From Ylistrum balloti (taxonomy: Eukaryota): 64,000 bases of DNA. A program made the translations under genes and the position numbers. The stretch covers positions 682,001 through 746,000 of the forward strand of contig NW_026782580.1 of NCBI RefSeq assembly GCF_031769215.1. Reading direction: 5' to 3'. The notes beneath the pieces are model-generated. The model did no database searches. It was not told the DNA's origin and was given only the letters and a program-made list of their open reading frames with translations. Positions 52,701 to 64,000 of this stretch are shown here, piece after piece; position 1 is the stretch's first letter, and each line of letters starts with the position of its first letter.

Positions 52701-55700
52701 GCCATAGAGCACACACACATTGTTATCAGGTTTTAATTCAATCAGGTTCAGTTGTGAATCAATTGTGGATACAACTCTGATGAAAGTTTTGGTAAAACTG
52801 TTACCAACAGTGAGTGTGTTCAACGAGACATGATTTAAGGAATGATATCCAGTGATCGAGTTAGTGTAAACATTGCTGTAGAGGTGAACTTTTGTGACAA
52901 ATTTTGAAACAAATTTTTGAAGAAGCAGAAAGCATAAGATTAGAAAGCATAATGCTAATGTAAGATAATATTTGTTAAAGATTTTTTCTTCCAAATCAGA
53001 TGTCTTATTGCAAATGTCTTTGTTTTTCTTCAGATGAACATTAAAAAACAAAAGAATTGTTGCTGAGCCGTTTCCGTTCAGAAAACCTCAGATGTTCCCC
53101 TTATATTGCCGTATTAATTATTGTAATCATGGTCGATGAAGCACTTGATTTGTCATGTTACATACTGAAATATCTCACAAAAGGAATGTTTATTGACCTA
53201 TGGTTAGGTAGACAGTTTTGATCGTATTAGTGCATAGGATTACATGAAAAAATCTACTTGTCTGGTGGACTACTTGCCACAGTTTTGATTTTATTAGTGC
53301 ATGGAATTACATGAAAAAATCTCCTTGTCTGATGGACTAGTTACCTCAGCAGAATCCTGTCATTAGGATGAGTGGATGATTGCTTTTGCCAAGCCCTGTT
53401 TAAAGTCAAGTTCATGATCTCGGACAATCATGTTGAAATCACCAACTGAATCTGTTAAATGTTTGCACTTGTTTAAATACATCACACTTTGTAAGTTAGG
53501 ATTTTCGTCACCAAAAAGTAATAACCTCAAATTTGAAATATTCAAATGATTTAATGTGGTCCATCCTTTTCAGATTTTATGGGATAATACTTGATTAAAT
53601 GACTTTCTTAGTGGTAACAACAATTAACAATTAACACCTAAAACACATATGTCACCATTTTACCACCAAACTTACATATACATACATACTTATGAACTAC
53701 CAACCCAGATTTCAACAATTTTATGGAATTAAACATTTTGTCTAGTTAATTGCCTTATAAAACATAATGAATATATATATATTGCAGAAATATCATTGAA
53801 ATGCATAATGAAATGCATATATTTTTCGTTAATAAAAAAGTGTTTGTCCATTTTGTTGTAAAATTTAGTCTCTTTTATTGTCTTCAAACCCCAAATTTTT
53901 CCTTTATTTTTCAGCTTTTATTGGATTTGTCATCCATTTTTATTTCAATTTCCATCGATACTTTGACATGAATAGGTTGAAATAAAACAAATAAAAAGCA
54001 TACCTTTTTTAAAAAACTATGATTGATTTTACTGCTGCAGATAATTGTGAAATGACTGCTGCATATAATTGTGAAATGACGTAGTTTAAGTACAATTTCA
54101 AGTATGCCGAATAGCTAATCTCAGAAGGCCTCTCCATTTCCCTGTGTTCAGCTCTTGGTTATTGTGTAAATCTAGAGCACAACAGACATTTCTACCTGTT
54201 TATGTGTCTTTCTGACAGTATTGTAATATAATAAATAACTTATCACTCATTTTCACCAACCAATTTTACAATAGTACATCTTATTGTTTCAAAAAGTACA
54301 TTTCTAAGCGTTTTGTTACCAGTACTTCAATCCATTCCACAAGCTCTATTTAGAATCTTACATTACTACGTTATTAAAAGATAGCAAAAATGTTCCATAT
54401 CCTTTTTTTTTCAATTATGACGGTTTACGCTCTGCATTATCACTGATAATCATGATCATGATTAAGTGTTACAAAGTTTATAACAGATATCCGTGGTAAT
54501 ACCTCTGCTGTGCAACCATCATGTTTTTCCTACCCTTTTCTGATATATGTGTCTTATTACTTTGTTTACAATATTTTCTACCCTTATCCCTAGGCTTCGT
54601 CTTGTGATTAGCAAACACTCAAAAATGCCAAGGTGAAATGTAAATTTCAAAAGCAGATATAGGTAGTGCATTATATAAAATGAAACAGATTACTGGGCTC
54701 TGGAAAGAGTGATGTCACAGAAGGGTTGGTCTATGTGAAATGATCAAAAAGTACAGTATGAGCATTTGAAAAAGATTTATGCTGAAAGAATAGCTGATTG
54801 GCATTTCCACAGTGGTAGCAGCAATTTGTGCAATTGGGGCCTGGGACTGAGTTTGCAAGGGGGAAATCATATTTAAGAGGATTGGATTTGTATCATGGTC
54901 TGGCATGAATAAGAAGTTTTCTGTCCTCATATCAGTAATACACATCAATATCATAGTCAATATGTTGGGGACTAGATCTGACTTGAGAGAAGAGAACACA
55001 CTAATTTAATATTTCCATCAAAAATATTCCATGTTTTTATGTAGAAGGCATGAAGGGTATGTTAATAGCAAGGAGTCTGAAATTTTAAATTCTATTATTA
55101 ATTTTGAGAGTATGTGGATTTGTTTCCTACGGTTGAGATAACATATTATTAAATAGTTTCCAGTCTTATGCCTTCATTTACGTAATAATTGAATTTCCTG
55201 TTCACTAGTTTCTACATACTGTAGATGAACTTACATTGGGATAATCAAATCTTAACCCATTATCCACTTCAAACAAATATGCACATTAATGAACTTGTGC
55301 ACTTACATAATTTCTATATAAAAATAAACAGAAAGTGTAATTTACCTGTCTGATTTTAGCACAATATTTGTAGGGTGTAAAGTGCTATAATCAAATTACA
55401 GTTTAGATATGTAATATGTTTAGCCTATCACTTTATATTTAGTATATCAGTGACAGTAAACTAGTCATTATTCAAACCTCTAACTTTTCAGAATTAATTT
55501 AAGTTCATCCATCATATTCATATCCTGAAACTTGCAATACATAAAACTTTCGTAAATTCTTACCAGTTCTGCTTCAAGATGTATTTTGACTACACATACA
55601 AGTTGACTACTGAATCTTTTTCCTACAGTAATCTTACTTGAATTTCTCAAAAGATGTTGTATGAAATGTAACATATATATCCTTTCATTTTTTCAGAATG

Positions 55701-58700
55701 TTTAAGGCCACTCTTCTGTTTGCCAGAGTGCTATATCTTCTCCTTAAAATGAATACATTGTTCTATCGATCTGGTAGATATGTAGTGTAGTTGATTCTTG
55801 CAAAACAAGGTGCTTTTATTCTTATGTACATCTTTTAATTTGGCTATAAGAAAAATCCCTGATATCATATTATACCCTTAGCCTTGCATTTTTCACCTTT
55901 TAAGCATGTCATGAGATGTCAAACACTAGGTTGACCTGACAAAATCAGATGAAGTTGGGCTGGTAAATGATAATGAATCACCTCTGTAGTTCAATAAGAG
56001 TTGAATATGTCCAACCAGCTATCCACACTGTGTATGTAACATGGAAGCAAGAGGTCTTGTGGTCTTTTCTGGTTTCCACTAGTTCCCAGTGGTGAATTTT
56101 GTTTTGTTCAGATAAATCAGTTAAATTGTCAATTACAGATATATCTGATTGTGCCATCTATTGCAAACGTACAGAACTGGAGGCAGAATGGTGGGGACTG
56201 ATGCTGATAACAAGTACCAAAGATATCGCCTGCCTGGCTCTGTCAGGTTTGACATCCTAATGGAGTAAATGAATATTGATTTGATAAGAGTGATATAAAG
56301 TGCTGTTTTGTGTTGCAGGTAGAGCCATCTGAACACGTTATAGATCAGGGCGATGACGGAGACAATTTTTACGTTATTGACAGGTAATTATGTCACCTCT
56401 ACAGTGTGTGCCTCCTTAGGGCCTAGCCCACATCACACTTTACATATCATTGACAATTCACAATAATTTGGTGATAAGGTGATTATTGTAGACCTTGGTC
56501 GTATGACATTATGATGATGGGTGACGTACCATGTTTTAACAGGGGCATAAACGCCTAAGTCCAGGAGGCGTTTGCATTGAAAAGAGTAAAAAAAGAAAGA
56601 TGGGGGCGTATTCCTGATTGCGACCATGTACTTGATAAAAAACCGGTCAACATTTTCAACCTTTCACTTAATTGCAAACAACATCATATTATCATGACTT
56701 CTAAGGCTCTTGGTCATTCAGAATAAATGCCAATATATAGAACCATTTCAAATCTGTCAGCAGGAATTTTATGTGAACCAGCAATAAAAATCTTTTCAGT
56801 ACTGCATCCTAGGCCTAAGGTCACATTTTGGAGTTAATATGAAGAACTATAGAATATATGAAGTTCCTCATAACTAAGGGTCATGCTATTTTGTGAATTT
56901 GATACCTGTGATAAATTGTTGTGGACTTCCCACCTAGTGATAATCTTGACTTACTTTCAAGGTTACAGGTATCTATGGTTCTCAACTTCTCCAAACCTCC
57001 ATTGGAATTAAATCCTAGAATTCAAAAAAAGACATTGTACTTAAATGGGGGCTTTGTTTGAACATCGATTTAAAGCAGCTATGTACGGGTGTTAAGAAGG
57101 CCTCAATCAATAACATACACTTAACATAGGTTGGACTTGCTAATGAGACATGAATGTTTCTCAAACTTTAAAAGTCAGTCACTGTGTAGTTCATTATGAT
57201 CTGACAAAGATTTTTGGTCCACCTTGTAATGAAGAAAAACACTACCATGTTAGGGATATACTCGAAAGGTTCATAGTAAAAATCTTATTTTCACTCTTTT
57301 TGTATGAAAGATATTGTGCTAAAATATGCAGTTAGTGTTTGTTTTTAATTTAGCAGGGTTTTTTTTATGAATACTCATTGCACTAAAATTTGTCTACACC
57401 TTATTTAGCACATTTATAGTAAGTAGAAACCTATATTCTATGGATTTGTTTTTTTTTTGTTTTGTTTTACAACACCAGTACAGAAAAAGAGGTTTAGATG
57501 TCCTCGTATTATTTCTTGCATCTGATATTGATTTGTGTGTTGTGACAAGGAGGTTGATGCTATACACATCAGGACTATTTTAGTCAATGTCACCTAATGT
57601 ATAGACATTTCTTGCGCTGGTCAAACTATTCACAATTTTCTTAATAGGTAGAAGGAAATATTAATTCTATACATTTAAAGTTTTTGTGATCTGGATGTAA
57701 GTTGTTATCTATGTAGATATTTTCCTGTTATCAAGGTTCAAGTACATGATTTCTGATTGAAGTCAAAACACTAGTATGATATATAACAACAATTTATACT
57801 TACAAACAAAAGTGCAACAAAATCTGTATCATGCATGAATTGATCTGTTCCAATGTGAAAATATTATTGGATACTAAATTAGAGCTGAATACTGACACTA
57901 GTGATATATATATGTATTAACTGTGTTTAGTTATACTTTTATGTCAGGTATGATGTCTGCACACATTTTTTCATCTCAGAATCTGTGAAAATAACTGTCT
58001 ATACAGCTTAAAGTTACACAATTCTGCCCTTCAGATAAGAATTGTAATTTTTCTATTCTTTTTTCTTTTCAGTGGTACATATGATATTTTTGTAAATGGC
58101 AACCTGGTTGGTAAATATGATAGTAAAGGAAGTTTTGGGGAGCTTGCTCTGATGTACAACATGCCACGTGCTGCTACCATTGTGGCCACATCTGAAGGCA
58201 CATTATGGGCCATGGTAAGTTGCAGGGGAGGCTGTCACATAATTGGCCATAATCGCATAGTAATAATGATCTTTCCTCCAACAATGATGACATGACTACA
58301 GCTTTGGTCAGAAATGATAACTACCCATTACCCGATAGTTAATAGACCTTCAAATGTCTCTGTGCCTGAGGCATGGACGAAGAAACCGTAATAAGGAGGC
58401 TGGTGTCAACAGGAGCCTAATTAACCTCAGGGTACAGATTTATCAAACTCAATATTGACGAAAAATTTTTATCTTGTTATACTTGTATCATTAGGGAAAT
58501 GGGAATGACATGATAGGAACATACAGTCAAACCAGTTTTGATAGATTACGAAGGTACTGACAAAAAAAAAACTCTACATATTGTTGCAAGTGATTTATTT
58601 CAGTATTATTAATATGATTCTAAAAAAGAAATAAAAAATGTTGTCATAGAAACAGCATCTGAAATTTGTATCTTTTGCTTATCCAAAGCATATCTTGAAA

Positions 58701-61700
58701 ACCATTTGATAACTGTTCTTCTTTAGAAATCACCATACTAACAAAGCAGGACAAATGAGTCTTATAATGCTTGTTTTTGTTGTGAGACTGTATTTCCTTA
58801 AATAGAATCTCAGGAGCTGATGGCTCTGTATATGTAGGACTAAATGCCCAATTCAATAATGAGTGGAAAGACTTTGGATTTGGTTACTTTATGGGAATTT
58901 CAAATTGAATTGAATTGAATCATTTGTTTAGAAAGTGGTTCTTAATCTGTTTAATGAATCAAACTAGTAACAAACTAAAAGTGAACTCAAATTGCTATTC
59001 CTTCTGTATTTCAGGATAGAACCACATTTAGAAGAATAGTATTAAAGAATGCTTTTAATAAGCGGAAAATGTATGAAGCACTGTTGGAACATGTACCAAT
59101 GCTGAAGACTCTTGATGTAAGTACTGATGTGATTACCTTCTTAAACTGAAATCATGACATCTATAGATTCTAGCTTATCTAGCCTGAGAAACCTTTTGTT
59201 CTGTAATGTTGAATATGACTAAAACCTCCATGTATGAAGTTAAAAAAAATTGTTGAAATAATTGATATTAGATTAATTTGTTGATATCCTGCGTCAACAT
59301 CTGTGAAAACATTCCTCGAACTCATTTTTATCCCCGCCTCTTCATGTTCATGGTATTTCCCTTAGAACAGATGTCATATTGGACAAAATTTACCTATATC
59401 ATGTGCCTTCAGGGTAACAGTTCTGATCATCCTTGTGGGTTTATACAGTGGCTGGCAGGACAGCAGATAATTACAGAATTAACAGCGGTATGATTACATA
59501 CCTCTACTGCCATCTGTTACTTTATTTGATTGTTTTACAAGGACATTTCTAAATAATTTTGTTTTTATTCAACCTAAAAATAAACTTTGTTCAAATGGAA
59601 ATTTGTAAGCCAATTTATGAAATGCTGCATAGTAGGAGGGTACAAGTGAATAAAGACTATTTTCTACATCATTTCTAATAGTTTATCAATGGTTTAAGTG
59701 GATAACATTAATAACACATTAATCACATAAGTTATGTCGTGATAACATTAATAACATTAATCACATTAGTTATGTCGTGATAACATTAATAACACATTAA
59801 TCACATTAGTTATGTCGTGTTGCCATTTTTATAAATTTCTTTCCATTAAAATTTGAGACAAATTGATGTTATAAGTCAATCAAAATCATAAATTTGATAA
59901 GTAAAAGAATGATGTTTTGCATTTGTCATTCACGGACGTGGATGGTCAGTACCTGGCGATCTATGACCAACCTCTGATTACTCAAATACCTCATATTACT
60001 TGAACTGTTGACATGGTCCTGAGGAGTTTGACTTATCCGGGTTTTACTGTACTTAGTTTTGGATCCAAATCAGTGACCTAGGTCAATTTTGAAAAATTGT
60101 ATGAATATTGATCAGCCTACAAATCTTCGTCACTGCATTATATATCATGACATATTTTTAAAAAATATTATATGATGTAAGTTAAAGAATTTTATATCAT
60201 GTCCACTTTAAAGTTGATATTACTAAGTAAGATAAGTAACAGTTAAGTGATACAGAAATGTTTTCTTGTTAATTCTTGACTTCGGAAAGGTGTACTCATC
60301 TTTACCTGTGTAGGAAATGAATGAAGTCTCATTTTAGGCAAAGTTGTAACTTGAAAATGGTCCTTGGCACATTCTGTATACACAGGATAATGCAAAGTCT
60401 TGAAGCATTATCTGGAACTTACACATTGAGTGATAAAAAGGTTTGTTTGCTTGGAATAATACATGATATTTAACATCAAAACAATTCCTTATCAACTTTC
60501 TAATTTCAGATTTAGCTCTGATCCTTTTCTGTCCCAATTTAAATTTAATGACATAGCTGTGTAAGGCTAGATGGGAAGCTTTTATGTATTTCAGGTTGAA
60601 TCTGTCAGTAATTAGTTAAACGATACCTTGAACTTTGTATTACCGAGATCAAATAGGTTTTCAAATTGAAAAATTATGTGTATTATATACTGTTTGGTAG
60701 TGTTGTTTTTTCATGGTCTTGGTTACATTGACTATATATAGGCCATACACACAGGTGTTTATTGAATATTTAAATCTTCACTCTGCTATATAATACCACA
60801 TGGTATTGTCAAAATATTTTGAGTAATTTGAGGCAACTCACTGACATAGATAAAGGATTAGCACCACGCACAGATCATGGTTTTAAGTAGGTCCCAGTGG
60901 ATGGCCTATTCATGTCTCCCATAGATCATGATCTATCACCTTATCCTGGGTTACGTAGGTTTACACTGAATAGCCAGGCACGTCACAGAATAATCCCAAT
61001 GCTTTGTATCCCAAGGAACTGATTAACTTGTGATATTGAGATAATATTGACTGAAAACCTGTATTGATGGTGACATTTGCAAACCTGATTCCTGAATATC
61101 TCCCATTTCATGTGATGGTTTTATAAGTTATTTTACTGTCTAATATACAGACAGTGTGTCACTACTGTCAACTAAGACGATCGTAAAATTATTATGTTGA
61201 AGCCTACAAATATATTATACTGATTGTGTATACAGCAATACAATGTAGAAAGTACTGATATGTATGAAAATATATTACCACTTTTTAAGTGAAAACAATA
61301 AAATGTAAATCACATCAGCTAATTTATAAAGAGCCAGGAAGTGAAAGGTCCCATTGTTGCTACATACAAGTTAAAAATTGTAGGTAGAAGTATGGTAAGA
61401 GTAATTATTACATGAAACATCTCCACTAGACACACTGAAAACTTATCTTTACACCAAGTTGTTTATATACCCCTCTCACATATGGGAGGTGTTTACTAGA
61501 TGTAACATATGGTAATTACTACGGTATGCCTTATACACAATTGTATACTGATTACAAATTTACTGAGAGTCGCAGACTTTAATGACTCCTTAAACATTTT
61601 TTCCCCACAAACAACCAGTCCTTTAACAGTTCAATAGTTTTTAAGATGAGTAAGATAGTTTTGAAGCTCTACCCTCATAATTTACTTTGTTTGTGACACT

Positions 61701-63803
61701 GGTGTTTATAATTCAATATAATAGAAGCGGTCTATATTACTTATAGTTTCCCTTTATTTTCAGCCATATGAAAGAATGAATGTAGCAGATGCCTTGCAGT
61801 CTAAATCTTTTACTGATGGAGAGGTGATCATAACACAGGTGAGGGTGAATCATATTTAGCACAAAGTTATCAAAACATAAATGAGGGTGAATCATATTAA
61901 GGGTGAGGTAATCAAAACTAAGATGAAGGTAAATCTTACTTAAGGTGAGGTTTTTATGACACAGGTGAGGGTAAATCTTATCTAGGGTAAAGTTGTCATT
62001 ATACTGGGTAGAGTAAATTTTACTTCGGTAAGGATCTCATTACACAGGTGAAGGTGAATCTTACTTAGGGCAAGGATGTCGTTACACAGGTGAGGATAAA
62101 TCTTACATAGGGTAAAGTTGTCATTACACAGGTGAGGATAAATCTTACTTAGGGTAAAGTTGTCATTACCCAGGTGAGGATAAATCTTACTTAGGGTAAA
62201 GTTGTCATTACACAGGTGAAGGTGAATCTTACTTAGGGTAAGGATGTCATTACCCAGGTGAGGATAAATCTTACTTAGGGTAAGGGTGTCATTACACAGG
62301 TGAGGATAAATCTTACTTATGGTAAAATTGTCATTACACAGGTGATGATAAATCTTACTTAGGGTAAGGATGTCATTACACAGGTGAGGATAATTCTTAC
62401 TTAGGGTAAAGTTGTCGTTACACAGGTGATGATAAATCTTACTTAGGGTAAGGATGTCATTACACAGGTGAGGATAAATCTTACTTAGGGTAAAGTTGTC
62501 ATTACCCAGGTGAGGATAAATCTTACTTAGGGTAAGGGTGTCATTACACAGGTGAGGATAAATCTTACTTATGGTAAAATTGTCATTACACAGGTGATGA
62601 TAAATCTTACTTAGGGTAAAGTTGTCATTACACAGGTGATGATAAATCTTACTTAGGGTAAAGTTGTCATTACACAGGTGATGATAAATCTTACTTAGGG
62701 TAAAGTTGTCATTACACAGGTGAAGGTAAATCTTAATTAGGATAAGGATGTCAATATAGCCCCTCAGGAAAGTTTACTTTGGTCAATCAAACTCAAACTT
62801 CATACAAGGCTTCCTTACAAAAATGGCTTGCTTTGGATTTCTTTTCAGGTCCCAAGTGTCAATGGTCCATATTACTGTTACTCTAGGTAGATAATTGGTT
62901 TCCATGATATAACTTGGGTTCCCTTGGGCCAATCAAACTCAAAGTTTGTACAATGCTTTCTTACACAAAGTGCTTTCTAGGGATTACTTTTCAGACCCAG
63001 AAGTCAAAGGTTGAGGTTAATGTTGTAGTAATGGAAAATCCATTTTGTGGATTAACTCTAGTCTGCTGTAGCCAATCTAACTCAAACTTAATGCGATGCT
63101 TCTGAATCAAAAGTGCTTGTTTGAGATAGATTGCCATTCACATCCAAAGGTCAAAGGGAGGGATTTCCAGCTGCATAGCGAGGCCCTAACTGACCTGTCA
63201 GTGTTCTAGATACGCAGGTGAAGGTAAATGGTACTTACTGTAAGAATGTAATTCTTTCATATGGATAGATTATCATTACAGAGATGAGGGTAGATCTCTA
63301 TTTTACTACAGAGATAGGTGTCAGGGTAATTAGTCCCCCCAGGGAATTGGAAGGGACTATAGTTTTCAGTATTTATCTTGGAACGTTATACTTTTGGTAT
63401 CAAAAATAGTTTACTATGACCTACTTACTGACCTTTGACCTACATCAAAGAGAAAGTTGGTCAAGGTTTTATCTCCTATGCTACTGGCCACTGGAGCTTC
63501 ATAAGCTTCATAGTGGTTGAATGTGTTCACCATGGCAAAGGAGTGAGGTGATAGGGTACTATAATTTGCAGAATTGTCTGGTCCTTACTTGAGTGCAAAT
63601 GTTAGTGACCAATGTATTTGTAACAAGCATTTAATTCCAGGTTAGTGATACAGGCCTATTACACCTCTTGTTGGGTTGATCATGCAGATCCTCTGGAGAT
63701 ATATTTTCAAATTTGATACAATTTCACTCTGTTACAGGGTGATGAGGCAGACTGTATGTATTTCATTGAAGAAGGAAATGTTCGAGTGACAGTCAAAAAC
63801 AAG
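22514..63803 (+). CDS. PRKAR2: cAMP-dependent protein kinase type II regulatory subunit, 3'-incomplete; join(22514-22760, 38402-38437, 41482-41534, 44000-44083, 44647-44688, 56319-56383, 58073-58214, 59015-59116, 61764-61838, 63738-63803, ...)
   Basis: RII docking/dimerisation domain ([17 protein letters not shown]...FAADYF); phosphorylatable inhibitor site RRQS-V (type II); CNB-A with [14 protein letters not shown]; start of CNB-B. All ten exons join in phase with GT-AG introns. Confidence 0.97.
24260..24650. mobile_element. Helentron-associated/CvA-like repeat remnant
   Basis: TGACCTTGA / AAGGTCA motifs and 'caaatatcatt' segments typical of the internal repeats of these bivalve elements; boundaries approximate. 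Confidence 0.4.
25375..26250 (-). mobile_element. Penelope-like retroelement RT remnant (copy 2) with 3' tail
   Basis: RAFF...[90 protein letters not shown]...*. These match the PLE RT/thumb consensus (MLEFLIDNI, GIPMGTNCAPLLADLFL, SNIP..PAYGVYISQLIRYSRAC, FYGRHHDL). Confidence 0.88.
26269..27058. mobile_element. MITE with degenerate TAGGG...CCTA terminal inverted repeats (hAT-like), copy 1
   Basis: Left end TAGGGCTATAACCCGAGTACCC; right end GTACCCATTACAATCCTA; internal similarity to 28643-29200. No TSD recognised. Confidence 0.6.
28643..29200. mobile_element. MITE, copy 2 of the same family
   Basis: AGGGATGTTATAAGTACCCGAGTACC ... AAAATGTGTACC.GGGTA.CTG ... AGGATGACACTTT, shared with 26269-27058. 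Confidence 0.55.
29745..29860 (-). mobile_element. 3' tail fragment of the same Penelope-like family (copy 3)
   Basis: GTCAATCCAAGTAAGTAAT shared with 25430-25450; minus strand GATGCTTACCCTTCCAGAACACC resembles the tail of copy 2. Confidence 0.6.
31740..31930 (+). mobile_element. Decayed SINE fragment
   Basis: GGTTGTGTCCTTGAGCAAAACACTTT (31793-31818) resembles the conserved post-tRNA segment of CORE/Meta/V-type SINEs; the tRNA head is degraded. Confidence 0.45.
34230..34395. mobile_element. Short dispersed repeat (MITE-like), copy A
   Basis: Shares TTGGGAAGGAA, TTTTGGGAATT and TGGGGCC blocks in the same order with 42942-43100. Confidence 0.4.
35820..36240. mobile_element. Helentron-associated/CvA-like repeat remnant
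   Basis: GAGGTATTGAA..T(T)CAT repeated, AGTAATGACCCTTG, TTGACCCTA..AAAGGTCA motifs; boundaries approximate. Confidence 0.4.
38402..38437 (+). CDS. PRKAR2: PRKAR2 exon 2 (36 nt, [12 protein letters not shown], inhibitor site)
   Basis: ttttcattgcag|AG ... TCA G|gtatgt. Confidence 0.93.
40597..41420. repeat. 58-bp minisatellite, about 14 copies, in PRKAR2 intron 2
   Basis: Unit ACAGACTTGTCCCTCAATAAGGTTG + ACAGACTGGCCTGTCAATAAGGCTGTCTATGAT; ends about 60 nt before the exon 3 acceptor. Confidence 0.96.
41482..41534 (+). CDS. PRKAR2: PRKAR2 exon 3 ([18 protein letters not shown])
   Basis: ttcctttacag|TG ... AAG|gtcagt. Confidence 0.93.
42942..43100. mobile_element. Short dispersed repeat (MITE-like), copy B
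   Basis: Starts CAGGGCTTTTT; see copy A at 34230-34395. Confidence 0.4.
44000..44083 (+). CDS. PRKAR2: PRKAR2 exon 4 ([28 protein letters not shown])
   Basis: tttcag|ATT ... GTT|gtaagt. Confidence 0.95.
44647..44688 (+). CDS. PRKAR2: PRKAR2 exon 5 ([14 protein letters not shown])
   Basis: cttcag|GAA ... AAG|gtaagc. Confidence 0.95.
46473..46790. repeat. 79-bp minisatellite, about 4 copies, in PRKAR2 intron 5
   Basis: TTCTTGGTCAGTGTGGTCTGTGCAAGGCTCAGTAATGGTCATTTTGGTCATACAAGGCCTGGTTGTCAGCTCAGTAGGC; starts at 46488 and 46567 give a 79-bp period. Confidence 0.92.
47060..47290 (-). mobile_element. Possible ancient non-LTR RT remnant
   Basis: Minus frame [30 protein letters not shown] weakly resembles the LINE RT region before GVPQGS; many stops. 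Confidence 0.25.
49880..50290. mobile_element. Helentron-associated/CvA-like repeat remnant with two internal repeats
   Basis: GTTAGTGACAT..TAAATATG ... TTGT(A/G)CCA ... TTGATATTTGTAAAA.TGGTT occurs twice (approx. 49885 and 50163). Confidence 0.5.
56319..56383 (+). CDS. PRKAR2: PRKAR2 exon 6 ([21 protein letters not shown])
   Basis: tgttgcag|GTA ... AG|gtaatt. Confidence 0.95.
58073..58214 (+). CDS. PRKAR2: PRKAR2 exon 7 (CNB-A phosphate-binding cassette [14 protein letters not shown])
   Basis: ttttcttttcag|T ... ATG|gtaagt. Confidence 0.97.
59015..59116 (+). CDS. PRKAR2: PRKAR2 exon 8 ([34 protein letters not shown])
   Basis: tttcag|GAT ... GAT|gtaagt. Confidence 0.96.
59701..59818. repeat. 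Approx. 40-bp tandem repeat, 3 copies
   Basis: GATAACATTAATAAC(AC)ATTAATCACAT(T/A)AGTTATGTCGT x3. Confidence 0.9.
61764..61838 (+). CDS. PRKAR2: PRKAR2 exon 9 ([25 protein letters not shown])
   Basis: ttttcag|CCA ... CAG|gtgagg. Confidence 0.96.
61839..62755. repeat. 42-bp minisatellite, about 21 copies, made of the exon 9 3' end plus its splice donor
   Basis: Unit GTGAGGATAAATCTTACTTAG-GGTAAAGTTGTCATTACACAG versus exon end ...ACTGATGGAGAGGTGATCATAACACAG|GTGAGG. Confidence 0.97.
62760..63200 (+). mobile_element. Helentron-associated/CvA-like element with three approx. 145-bp internal repeats
   Basis: CAATC(A/T)AACTCAAA recurs at about 62783, 62930 and 63073; AAAGGTCAAAGG and a GCATAGCGAGGCCCT-like 3' end. 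Confidence 0.6.
63330..63660 (+). mobile_element. Second Helentron-associated repeat remnant
   Basis: 5' hairpin TAGTCCCCC...GGGACTATAG and internal TGACCTTTGACCT. Confidence 0.5.
63738..63803 (+). CDS. PRKAR2: PRKAR2 exon 10 ([22 protein letters not shown])
   Basis: ctgttacag|GGT ... AAG|gtatga; later exons lie beyond the window. Confidence 0.95.
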
Positions 63804-64000
63804 GTATGAACATATTTATACACTTCTCATTTTGCTATCAGAAAATTAGGATAGCAACTTGGATTAAATTATTGAGGTAAATATCAGCAAAATTTCAGAA
63901 TAATTTCAAATTTCTTAAATGCATTTCAAATTAAAGCAGACTTGGGTAAAATTGTTCTGGTGAATATTGGAAATTTTAAGTTCGATAAAGGAGAGAGTTC

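Noticed and set aside
55695-55775. Strong acceptor followed by [17 protein letters not shown] as an alternative PRKAR2 exon
   Set aside because: In the phase required by intron 5 it hits TAA at codon 3; the donor is weak and out of phase with exon 6.

Overview
AT-rich animal genomic DNA with GT-AG introns, not a prokaryotic window. The lineage is most likely a bivalve mollusc; this is inferred from the repeat families and protein sequences. Four conserved genes were reconstructed by hand from splice sites and reading phase: the last coding exon of TXNL4B/Dim2 (+, 750-915); a complete 4-exon RPS23 (-, 7064 to 3114, 142 aa); a complete 9-exon ATP6AP1/Ac45 (+, 10044-14870, 436 aa); and the first 10 coding exons of a type II PKA regulatory subunit, PRKAR2-like (+, 22514 to beyond 63803, running off the window). 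Introns and intergenic DNA hold many local minisatellites (32, 39, 42, 55, 57, 58, 60 and 79 bp units). They also hold decayed mobile elements: Penelope-like RT, Tc1-like transposase, a Gypsy-like RT fragment, Helentron-associated/CvA-like repeats, MITEs and a SINE fragment. The most unusual feature is a 42-bp array in PRKAR2 intron 9 that copies the exon end plus its splice donor about 21 times, so each unit is a potential in-frame 21-nt micro-exon or CAG|GT ratchet site. A second array seeded from an exon end follows the TXNL4B stop codon. A possible unannotated small spliced gene lies on the minus strand, divergent from PRKAR2. No tRNA, rRNA or CRISPR array was found. All alignments and counts are by eye, and repeat-element boundaries are approximate.
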